Shown here: positions 28,060-36,111 of the stretch, one piece after another | Layout: every line of letters begins with the position of its first letter | Numbering within the stretch: the stretch's first letter is position 1 | Assembly (NCBI GenBank): GCA_020850695.1 | Contig: JADZEF010000164.1 | Span: 1 to 36,111, forward strand | Length of the DNA: 36,111 nt | Source: Planctomycetaceae bacterium | Lineage (GTDB): Bacteria; Planctomycetota; Planctomycetia; Planctomycetales; Planctomycetaceae | Direction of reading: 5' to 3' | Position numbers and translations under genes: made by a program | Notes under the pieces: generated by a model | What the model saw: the letters and a program-made list of their open reading frames with translations, nothing else | What the model was told of the DNA's origin: nothing | Databases searched by the model: none

Positions 28060-29490
28060 ATGCTGCGCCGTCCACAGAATATGCGTCCCTGGATTGCCGT
28101 GGCGGTCGTCGTTGCCCTCATCGGCGGCGTGCTCGCGGTTCGCTCCCTCTGGTTGCCGCAGATCAAGGCCCGACTCCTGGCCTGGGCCAGCGATGGTGCG
28201 GCCGCCGCCCATGGTGAAGCGGGACATGAAGGCCATGCAGACCACGGCCATACGGGCCACGAAGGACACGATCACGGCGATGACTCCAATAGCATTGCGG
28301 TGACGGCCCAGGGCCTGAAGAACATCGGTTTCCGGTCGATGAAGGTCGCGCTCGGACCCTACGCTCAGACCGTGCGGATGCCGGCCATGGTCGTCGAGCG
28401 TCCCGGCAAGACCCAGATCCAGGTGCCCGCTCCGATGACGGGAATCGTCACGAAGGTGCTGGCCCAGGAAGGGGTCGCGGTCGAACCGGGAGATCCGCTG
28501 TTCGAGATGCGGCTGATGCACGAGGAACTGGTCACCGCCCATCGGGATTTCCTGAAGACCGCCGAAAGCCTTGATGTCGTCAACCGCGAGATCAAGCGGC
28601 TCAAGGGATTGACCGAAGGCCTTGTTCCCGGAAAGCGCCTGCTCGACGAAGAGTACGAGCGGCAGAAGCTCGAAGCGTCGCTCAAGGCGGAGCGGCAGGG
28701 ATTGATCCTGCACGGCATCAGCGAGCCGCAGATCGAGGACATTCTCAAAACCCGTAAGCTGCTGCAGACACTGGTGGTCCGCGCCCCGCAACAATCCCAT
28801 GAAGGGCATCGCCATGAGGAGCAGCCCGGCAAGACGGACCACCCGTTTCACGTGCAGCAGCTCAACGTCCAACAAGGGCAGCAGATCGAGGCGGGAAGCC
28901 CCCTCTGCATTCTGGCCGACCACTACGAGCTGTTCGTCGAAGGTCGCGCCTTTGAAGACGGCGCCGAGCAACTGAAGCGGGCGTTGGAGCAGGGGTGGGA
29001 CGTCAATGCGTACCTGGCGGGCGGAAGCGGCCAGGAGAGCGGAAAGTTCGGTCCGCTCCAACTGCTGTATCTCGCGGACCGCGTCGATCCCGAATCGCGC
29101 GCCTTCCGCTTCTATCTCAGCTTGCCGAACGAAGTCTCGGCCGACCGCACCGGCCCGGATGGAAAGCGGTACGTCGCGTGGAAGTATCGGCCCGGGCAGC
29201 GGCTCGAAGTCGAGGTCCCCGTCTCGACCTGGGAGAAACGGATCGTTCTGCCCGTCGACGCTCTCATCGACGAAGGAGCCGAATCCTACGTCTTCCGACA
29301 GAACGGTTCGCAGTTCGAGCGAGTGGCCGTTCATGTCGAGCACCGCGACCGGACGAGCGTCGTGGTGGCGAATGACGGGGCGCTGTATCCCGGAGACGTG
29401 GTCGCGGCGAAGGGCGCCTATCAACTGCAGTTGGCGATCAAGAACAAGGCAGGGGGCGGAGCGGATCCCCATGCGGGCCATCACCACTGA
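28060..29490 (+). CDS. Efflux RND periplasmic adaptor (membrane fusion protein), CzcB-like with His-rich metal-binding tracts
   Basis: TM anchor MRPWIAVAVVVALIGGVLAV. His-rich N-terminal tract HGEAGHEGHADHGHTGHEGHDHGDD and C-terminal DPHAGHHH. Biotinyl-lipoyl and beta-barrel MFP regions (QIQVPAPMTGIVTKVLAQEGVAVEPGDPLFEM...). ATG at 28060 or 28081. Confidence 0.9.
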   Translation: MLRRPQNMRPWIAVAVVVALIGGVLAVRSLWLPQIKARLLAWASDGAAAAHGEAGHEGHADHGHTGHEGHDHGDDSNSIAVTAQGLKNIGFRSMKVALGPYAQTVRMPAMVVERPGKTQIQVPAPMTGIVTKVLAQEGVAVEPGDPLFEMRLMHEELVTAHRDFLKTAESLDVVNREIKRLKGLTEGLVPGKRLLDEEYERQKLEASLKAERQGLILHGISEPQIEDILKTRKLLQTLVVRAPQQSHEGHRHEEQPGKTDHPFHVQQLNVQQGQQIEAGSPLCILADHYELFVEGRAFEDGAEQLKRALEQGWDVNAYLAGGSGQESGKFGPLQLLYLADRVDPESRAFRFYLSLPNEVSADRTGPDGKRYVAWKYRPGQRLEVEVPVSTWEKRIVLPVDALIDEGAESYVFRQNGSQFERVAVHVEHRDRTSVVVANDGALYPGDVVAAKGAYQLQLAIKNKAGGGADPHAGHHH

Positions 29491-29550
29491 TCTCGTCCGC
29501 GCCGACACGTCGATCTCCGCCCCGAATGAACTGAGCCCGGGTTCTCTGCC

Positions 29551-32500
29551 ATGCTGAATGCCGTCATTCGATTCTCCTTGCGACAGCGCCTGCTGGTGCT
29601 GGCGGTCTCGCTGTTTCTCACCGGATACGGCACGTACCTCGCGTTGCAGATGCCGATCGATGTCTTTCCGGACCTCGATCGGCCGCGGGTCGTCGTCATG
29701 ACCGAGGCCCTCGGCCTCGCCCCCGAGGAAGTCGAGACCCGCATCACGTTCCCCCTGGAGACGGCGCTCAACGGGGCCAACGGCGTCCAGGCCGTCCGCA
29801 GCACGTCCGGCATCGGCCTGTCGGTCGTGTATGTCGAATTCGACTTCGGGACCGATATCTACATCGATCGTCAGATCGTGGCCGAACGGCTGGCCCTCGT
29901 CGCCGATCGCATGCCGCCGGGAGTCCGGCCCCAGCTCGCGCCGATCTCCTCGATCATGGGCCAGATTCTGATGCTGGGGATGTGGAGCGAAGATGGAAAA
30001 ACCGATCCCGTCGAGCTTCGCACTCAGGCCGACTGGATCGTGCGGCAGCGGCTGCTGACGATCCCTGGCGTCGCCCAGGTCTTCACGATGGGGGGAGGCC
30101 GCAAGCAGTTCCAGGTGCTGGCCGATCCGTCGCTGATGCTGCGATTCGGCGTCACGCTCGACCAGGTGAGCGACGCCCTGCGGAAGAGCAATGAGAACGC
30201 GACCGGCGGATACCTCGACAAGCAGGGTCCGAATGAATTGCTGGTGCGGGCGCTGGGACGCGTCGAGTCGGTCGACGACCTCAGGAAGGTCGTGGTGACA
30301 ATCCGCGAAGGGCACCCCGTCGCACTCGCCCAGGTGGCGACGATCGTCGAAGCCCCGCAGGTGAAGCGAGGCGACGCCAGCGCCTTCGTCCGCGATAAGG
30401 ACGGAAAGTTCAGCGGAGGTCCGGCGGTTGTGCTGACGATCAGCAAGCAGCCCGGAGCCGACACCCGCCGCATGACCGAATCCCTTCTTCAGGCGGTCGA
30501 GGACCTCAAGCCCTCGCTGTCGCCCGACATCCGGGTCGCTCCCCTTTACGCGCAGAAGGATTTCATCGACCGCGCCATCCACAATGTGATGGAGGCATTG
30601 CGGGACGGCGGCATCCTGGTCGTCGTCATCCTCTTCCTGTTCCTGATGAACTTTCGGACGACGTTCATCTCGCTGACCGCCATCCCTCTTTCGCTGGTCA
30701 TGACGGCCCTCGTCTTTCACTGGTTCCGGATGTCGATCAACACGATGACGCTGGGAGGCCTGGCGGTCGCGATCGGCGAACTGGTGGACGATGCCATCGT
30801 CGACGTCGAGAACATCTTCCGCCGGCTGAAGGAGAACCAGCATGCGGCGAATCCGAAGCATCCGCTGCTGGTGGTCTTCCAGGCGAGCACCGAGGTCCGC
30901 AGCTCGATCGTCTTCAGCACGATGATCGTCTGCCTGGTGTTCGTCCCGCTCTTCGCCCTCTCGGGGATGGAAGGGCGGTTGTTTCTGCCGCTCGGGATCG
31001 CCTACATCGTCTCGATCCTGGCATCGCTCGTCGTGTCGCTCACGGTCACACCGGTCCTGTCGTATTGGCTCCTGCCGAATTCCAGAGCGGCCGCCCACGA
31101 ACAGGACGGTCCGCTGCTCCGATTTCTCAAGGCGATTGCCGACCGGATCATCCGGTTCAGCCTGGAATTCCCGCGATTGAATCTCGCCGTCGTCGTCGGT
31201 GCCGTCGCCATTGCCGGAATGTTTGTCGCGACGCTCGACCGCGACTTCCTGCCGCCGTTCAACGAAGGGGCGATCCAGCTCAACGTCGTGCTGCCGCCGG
31301 GGAGTTCGCTCGCGTCGAGCAACGAGATCAATCGCACGGTGGAACAGCGGCTGACGGAGAACCCGGACATCGTGAACTTCGTTCGCCGCACCGGCCGGGC
31401 GGAACTCGACGAGCATGCGGAGCCGGTCAGCGCCAGCGAATACATCGTCGACCTCGACCCCAGTTCCCCGCGAACCCGCGAGCAGCAGCTTGACGCCATC
31501 CGCGAAGCGATGGCCGACATTCCCGGGATCGTCACGGCGGTCGAGCAGCCGCTGGCCCACCTCATCTCGCACATGCTGTCCGGGGTGAAGGCCCAGATCG
31601 GCATCAAGATCTTCGGCGATGATCTCGACCTTCTGCGTCGCAAGGCGGCCGAAGTGAAATCGGCCATCCAGTCGGTCCGCGGCGTCCGCGACCTGCTGAT
31701 CGAGCCTCAGGTCATCGTCCCGCAGCTCCGCATCCAGGTCGACCGAGACCGTCTGCTTCAGAACGGGCTGACGGTTCAGCAGGTCAACGAGTTCATCGAG
31801 ACGGCCATGAACGGACACGTTGTCTCCGAGGTGCTGCTCGGTCAGCGGACGTTCGATCTCGTGGTGCGGCTGAAGGAGGACGCCCGTGAAGACCTGCAGG
31901 TGCTCAGGCGGCTGTCGATCGAGGTCCCCGGCGGCGGGACGATCCCGCTCGAATCGGTCGCCCGCATCTATGAATCGGGGGGGCCGAATACCGTCAACCG
32001 CGAGCAGGTGCGGCGTCGCGTGGTCATCCAGTGCAACGTCGGCGACCGCGGACTCGTCGACGTCGTGGAAGAGATCCGGCAGAAGCTGCAGCCGATCCAG
32101 AACTCGTTGCCCCAAGGTTACTACTTCGAGTACAGCGGGCAGTTCGAGAGCCAGCAGAAGGCCTCGCGGATGATCGGCTGGTTGTTCCTGATGGCGTTGG
32201 GCGGGGTGTTCCTCGTCCTCTTCACGATGTTCCGCTCGGTCAATCTGTCGCTGCAGGTGATGGCGGCGCTGCCGATGGCCTTCATCGGCTCGGTGGCTGC
32301 CCTGGTCCTCACGGGGCAGACGCTGACGATCGCCAGCATGGTCGGCTTCATCTCTCTCGCCGGCATCGCCTCCCGCAACGGCATTCTGCTCCTTCAGCAC
32401 TACCTTCACCTCGTGAAGTACGAAGGGGAGGGCTGGACGAAGGAGATGATCGTGCGGGCGGGGCTCGAACGATTGGCCCCCGTATTGATGACGGCCTTGA

Positions 32501-32754
32501 CGGCGGGCATCGGTCTCGTGCCGCTCGTGCTCGCCGCGGGGCAGCCGGGGAAAGAGATCCTCTATCCCGTGGCCACCGTGATCCTCGGCGGCGTCGTCAG
32601 CTCGACGCTTCTGGACTTCTTCGTTCACCCCGCGCTGTTCTGGCTCTTCGGAATCAAGGAGGGGGAGCGGGTCGTCCGCGAGGCGCATGAAGAGATCGAG
32701 CTTGAAGAAGAATCGGGCGCTGCGGCACGCCCGTCGCACAAGACGACTTCATAG
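29551..32754 (+). CDS. Heavy-metal efflux RND permease (CzcA/CusA, HME family)
   Basis: 1067 aa with 12-TM RND topology. HME-family motifs: N-terminal MLNAVIRFSLRQRLLVLAVSLFL, TM4 region ...LGGLAVAIGELVDDAIVDVENIFRRL..., FLPPFNEGA. It starts 61 nt after the adaptor gene. Confidence 0.95.
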   Translation: MLNAVIRFSLRQRLLVLAVSLFLTGYGTYLALQMPIDVFPDLDRPRVVVMTEALGLAPEEVETRITFPLETALNGANGVQAVRSTSGIGLSVVYVEFDFGTDIYIDRQIVAERLALVADRMPPGVRPQLAPISSIMGQILMLGMWSEDGKTDPVELRTQADWIVRQRLLTIPGVAQVFTMGGGRKQFQVLADPSLMLRFGVTLDQVSDALRKSNENATGGYLDKQGPNELLVRALGRVESVDDLRKVVVTIREGHPVALAQVATIVEAPQVKRGDASAFVRDKDGKFSGGPAVVLTISKQPGADTRRMTESLLQAVEDLKPSLSPDIRVAPLYAQKDFIDRAIHNVMEALRDGGILVVVILFLFLMNFRTTFISLTAIPLSLVMTALVFHWFRMSINTMTLGGLAVAIGELVDDAIVDVENIFRRLKENQHAANPKHPLLVVFQASTEVRSSIVFSTMIVCLVFVPLFALSGMEGRLFLPLGIAYIVSILASLVVSLTVTPVLSYWLLPNSRAAAHEQDGPLLRFLKAIADRIIRFSLEFPRLNLAVVVGAVAIAGMFVATLDRDFLPPFNEGAIQLNVVLPPGSSLASSNEINRTVEQRLTENPDIVNFVRRTGRAELDEHAEPVSASEYIVDLDPSSPRTREQQLDAIREAMADIPGIVTAVEQPLAHLISHMLSGVKAQIGIKIFGDDLDLLRRKAAEVKSAIQSVRGVRDLLIEPQVIVPQLRIQVDRDRLLQNGLTVQQVNEFIETAMNGHVVSEVLLGQRTFDLVVRLKEDAREDLQVLRRLSIEVPGGGTIPLESVARIYESGGPNTVNREQVRRRVVIQCNVGDRGLVDVVEEIRQKLQPIQNSLPQGYYFEYSGQFESQQKASRMIGWLFLMALGGVFLVLFTMFRSVNLSLQVMAALPMAFIGSVAALVLTGQTLTIASMVGFISLAGIASRNGILLLQHYLHLVKYEGEGWTKEMIVRAGLERLAPVLMTALTAGIGLVPLVLAAGQPGKEILYPVATVILGGVVSSTLLDFFVHPALFWLFGIKEGERVVREAHEEIELEEESGAAARPSHKTTS

Positions 32755-32842
32755 GTTCCGAGTCGTGTCGTCTGGCAGGGCAGGCCAGGCCGGCCCGACG
32801 CAGGCCCACCATCTCTCGCCGTGAGCATAAGCGTCGACGCCA

Positions 32843-33586
32843 TTAGAACCGACGCGCAAGCAACAGGACGTTGTGAACACCGAACTCATCCCTGAGCTTC
32901 GCCGTCGCGGGGTGATACTGACTCGTACCTGCCCGGAAAGAGGTTGCGCGGTCGAGGTACGGCGCGAGCGTCTCTGCCACTTCGCGCTCGGGGCGTCTTT
33001 CGGCAAATGCAATCTGGCACCAGTCGAGACGAGGCTCATGGTGCATTTGAAATTCGGGTTCATCGGCCATTCGTCCTGAATATCCAGGATACCCCTGAAC
33101 CACGCCCCCCAGGCGATGCGCGATGATGTCGAACCATTCTCGCGTCCGGTTACCGGTTTCCACCTGCGAGATTTCGAACGACAACAGGGAGACGCTCTGT
33201 GCCGACCTGATCTTTTCCGGCAGGTCGTCGAACGCTTGTTGAGCGTGGTTGCCCAACTCTTGCAGGAACTTCTGGGGGTTCTCCAGCACCATCCGCGAGT
33301 CTTCGCGCAACGCACCATAGACGTAGACCTGGCCGGCCACCGCACTCTCGATCGCGAAGCCATCCTGAAAGGGCTGCGTGCGAAAACTGAGTTCAACGAA
33401 CGAGCGGCCGTCCATGAGAAGTGCCTCATTCAGGCATGTCGGCAGCCACGCATGCTCGGTGAGATCGAACCACAGACCAACTTTCCGATACCAGCTGACG
33501 ATGTAATCGGTGAGTGGCCCGAGTTGGCTGTGGATGTGCTTATCAGATTTTCGCCGAAACACGCGAGAATCCTTGCGTCCGGACAC
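32843..33586 (-). CDS. Hypothetical cytoplasmic protein (247 aa), apparently co-transcribed with ygiQ
   Basis: Its ATG at 33586 lies 3 nt after the ygiQ stop. No signal peptide and no recognisable motif. Somewhat lower GC than neighbours. Confidence 0.55.
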   Translation of the reverse strand: MSGRKDSRVFRRKSDKHIHSQLGPLTDYIVSWYRKVGLWFDLTEHAWLPTCLNEALLMDGRSFVELSFRTQPFQDGFAIESAVAGQVYVYGALREDSRMVLENPQKFLQELGNHAQQAFDDLPEKIRSAQSVSLLSFEISQVETGNRTREWFDIIAHRLGGVVQGYPGYSGRMADEPEFQMHHEPRLDWCQIAFAERRPEREVAETLAPYLDRATSFRAGTSQYHPATAKLRDEFGVHNVLLLARRF

Positions 33587-33589
33587 ATA

Positions 33590-35737
33590 CTACCGGTCTG
33601 CGTCGCCTTTTTTCGTTGAACGCCGCTCCGGCCGATAACCCTGTCCTGGCTTGAATCGCGACTGCTTGCGCGAGCCCTTCGACTTCGGCGGGTGCGATCC
33701 CGGTCGTGACGCCTGCTGCGATGGCTTACCGACGCGCGGGACCACGTGAATGTCTCCGCTCGCTGGTCTGTCCTCATCGCCGTCGTCGCGCACGGCGGCG
33801 TTCGCCTGTTGACGTCGGCGGTCGAGGGCTTCTCTGGGCGGGTGCGGGGGGATCAGGGCGTCGCAGCCGAAGCCGATCAGGTCCTGTCGCTTCGCCTGCT
33901 CCAATGCCTTGCGGACTTCGAAGTAGTTTTCGGGCTTGAAGAACTGCAAGAGGGCCCGCTGCAGTTTGCGGTCGCGGAGGTGCTTGGCGATGTGGACCGG
34001 CTTCTTGGTGAAGGGGTCGAGGCCGGTGTGGTACATCGCCGTCGCCACGTCGAACGGGGCGGGGATGAAGTCCTGCACCTGGTCCGGCTTGTAACCGTTC
34101 CGCTTGAGGAACACCGCGAGGTCGATCATCGCGTTCAGGTCGCTGCCCGGGTGGCTGGCGATGAAGTACGGGATGATGTACTGCGTCTTCCCCGCCTTCT
34201 CGGACTCGCGCTCGAACACGCCGGCGAACTGCGTGAAGTCGTCCCCCGAGGGCTTCCGCATCAAGTTCAGCACGCCCGGATCGGTGTGCTCGGGGGCGAC
34301 CTTCAGGTGCCCGCCGACATGGTGCTGCACCAGGTCCCGCATGTATTCGGGCGAGCGGCGCGCGAGGTCCATGCGGATGCCGCTGGCGACCAGCACCTTC
34401 CGCACTCCCTTCGTCTCGCGCGAGTCCTTCATCAACTGCACGAGCGGGCCGTGGTCGGTGCCGAGCAGCTTGCAGATCGTCGGATGCACGCACGACTGCC
34501 GCCGGCACTTCGCCTCGACTTCGGGCCGCGAGCACTTCATCTGGTACATGTTGGCGGTCGGCCCGCCGATGTCGCTGATGACTCCCTTGAACTGCGGGTC
34601 GGTCGTCATTCCCTTCACTTCGGCCAGCACCGACTCGGGGCTCCGCGACTGAATGATCCGCCCCTGGTGGGTGGTGATCGAGCAGAACGTGCAGCCGCCG
34701 AAGCAGCCCCGCATGATGCTGACCGAGTCCTTGATCATCTCGAACGCAGGAATCGGCTCGTTGTAGGAAGGGTGCGGGCGGCGGGTGAAAGGGAGCGCGT
34801 GGATGGCGTCCATCGAGCCCTGCGAAATCGGCAGGCAGGGAGCGTTGCAGACGACCCACTGCCGGTCGTGCCGCTGGATGAGTCGCTTGGCGTTATAAGG
34901 GTTCGTCTCGTTGTGAATCCGCTTCGTCGCTTCGGCGAATGCGACCTTGTCCTTCACGACCTCTTCGTAGGCGGGGATCTCCAGCGCGTCGGCGGGCGGT
35001 TGTTCCGAGGCACCCATCGCATAGGCGATGCCGCGCAGGTCGCGCAGGTCCTTCACCGTCGCGCCGTCCTTCAGCCGGCGGGCGATCTCGACGATCGACT
35101 CTTCCCCCATGCCGAAGCCGACGAGATCGGCCTTGCTGTCCAGAAGGATCGACCGCTTGACGGTGTCGCTCCAGTAGTCGTAGTGGGCCAGCCGCCGCAA
35201 CGACGCCTCGACGCCCCCTGCAATCACCGGTACGCCGCGATAGGCCTCGCGGGCCCGCTGGCAGTAGGCGAGCGTCGCCCGATCGGGCCGCAGGCCGATG
35301 CGTCCCCCCGGGGAGTAGGCATCGCTGTTCCGCACCTTCCGGTTCGCGGTGTAGTGGTTGATCATCGAGTCCATGTTCCCCGCCGAGATGGCGAAGAACA
35401 GCCGCGGCCGTCCGAACCGCTTCCAGGCCTCGGCGTTCCGCCAGTCGGGCTGGCTGATGACTCCGACGCGGAAGCCCGCCGCCTCCAGCACGCGACCGAG
35501 CAGGGCCATGGCGAAGCTGGGATGATCGATGTAGGCGTCGCCGGTGACGAAGACGATGTCGACTTCGTCCCATCCGCGGGCGCGGGCTTCCTCGGCCGAC
35601 ATCGGCAGCGGCTTGTCGGCCCGGCGGTAGAGCTTGCGCCCGCCGAGAGCCTCCAGCATGGCCCCCGTTTGACCGCCAGAGCAAGGCGAAGCGGCGGCCG
35701 GGACCGGGTCGGAAAGGATGGGGAGCGGGGAGATCAC
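33590..35737 (-). CDS. ygiQ: YgiQ-family (UPF0313) radical SAM protein with basic C-terminal tail
   Basis: N-terminal region LPMSAEEARARGWDEVDIVFVTGDAYIDHPSF aligns to E. coli YgiQ [32 protein letters not shown]. Radical-SAM cysteine cluster CFGGCTFCSITTHQG. The track start is GTG. In-frame ATGs at MLEALGG or MSAEEAR are alternatives. The C-terminal ~70 aa are Arg/Lys-rich and disordered. Confidence 0.9.
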   Translation of the reverse strand: MISPLPILSDPVPAAASPCSGGQTGAMLEALGGRKLYRRADKPLPMSAEEARARGWDEVDIVFVTGDAYIDHPSFAMALLGRVLEAAGFRVGVISQPDWRNAEAWKRFGRPRLFFAISAGNMDSMINHYTANRKVRNSDAYSPGGRIGLRPDRATLAYCQRAREAYRGVPVIAGGVEASLRRLAHYDYWSDTVKRSILLDSKADLVGFGMGEESIVEIARRLKDGATVKDLRDLRGIAYAMGASEQPPADALEIPAYEEVVKDKVAFAEATKRIHNETNPYNAKRLIQRHDRQWVVCNAPCLPISQGSMDAIHALPFTRRPHPSYNEPIPAFEMIKDSVSIMRGCFGGCTFCSITTHQGRIIQSRSPESVLAEVKGMTTDPQFKGVISDIGGPTANMYQMKCSRPEVEAKCRRQSCVHPTICKLLGTDHGPLVQLMKDSRETKGVRKVLVASGIRMDLARRSPEYMRDLVQHHVGGHLKVAPEHTDPGVLNLMRKPSGDDFTQFAGVFERESEKAGKTQYIIPYFIASHPGSDLNAMIDLAVFLKRNGYKPDQVQDFIPAPFDVATAMYHTGLDPFTKKPVHIAKHLRDRKLQRALLQFFKPENYFEVRKALEQAKRQDLIGFGCDALIPPHPPREALDRRRQQANAAVRDDGDEDRPASGDIHVVPRVGKPSQQASRPGSHPPKSKGSRKQSRFKPGQGYRPERRSTKKGDADR

Positions 35738-36111
35738 GAGAGAGTCATCCGGGCACGGAGCGGCGGGGCCGCGGTCGTCGTGCGGCGATTGGAAATTGTA
35801 GTCGATCGGGGACTGGCTCGCAGGGTTTGGACGGGCAACCCAGTGCTGATCGCATCGAATACGACCTGTCCGACGGAAGCATCGATTTCCGAAGACTCAC
35901 CGGGCTTGGACACAGGAGAGCATCGTTGCCCCGTCGTTCCAAGGTTCTAACTTCTGTTTAGACTAAGATCATTCCATCGAAAGACATTTTTTCACCACGG
36001 AGTCGAGAATGAGGCCTTCGCCGCACTCTCAATGATGAAAATGGCATCACCTGTGCATGGCTTGGGGGCGTGACGCCTATTTTCGGAACAGACACGGAGT
36101 CACGGAGAAAG

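Noticed and set aside
27442-32739. 1765-aa ORF on the minus strand
   Set aside because: It is antisense to the clearly homologous CzcB/CzcA genes. Its Arg/Asp/Gly-rich composition is typical of a shadow ORF in high-GC DNA.
33746-35950. 734-aa ORF on the plus strand
   Set aside because: It is antisense to ygiQ, which has unambiguous radical-SAM homology, and it has no recognisable motifs.

Overview
This is a high-GC (~65%) chromosomal window that looks Planctomycetota-like. Evidence for that: a DUF1559 'H-X9-DG' prepilin-like protein, a DUF1592/PSCyt-family CxxCH protein, many signal-peptide and lipobox proteins, and mostly weak or absent Shine-Dalgarno sequences. I can support about 26 protein-coding genes. 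Housekeeping genes: zwf, greA, eda, eno, dnaB, rplI, ygiQ, a RidA-family gene, and an ABC-2 permease. Lineage-specific or accessory-looking genes: an 806-aa secreted thioredoxin-domain protein with Cys-rich arrays; an SPFH/band-7 protein with three N-terminal internal repeats and no TM segment; a DUF1559-lipoprotein-TPR operon; a YugP-type Zn-peptidase; a membrane PP2C phosphatase; and a CzcB/CzcA-type heavy-metal RND efflux pair preceded by a small Cys/His-motif ORF with a good SD. I found no rRNA, tRNA, CRISPR array, transposase or integrase. The most striking non-coding feature is a ~390-bp nested imperfect inverted-repeat element that abuts the zwf stop codon, between two convergent genes. 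Several other well-formed hairpins and one perfect tandem direct repeat are noted. Many long ORFs in the six-frame track are antisense shadow ORFs, typical of high-GC DNA, and were rejected. The track's 'M' starts include GTG/TTG codons, so I re-picked starts where signal peptides, homology or an SD supported it.
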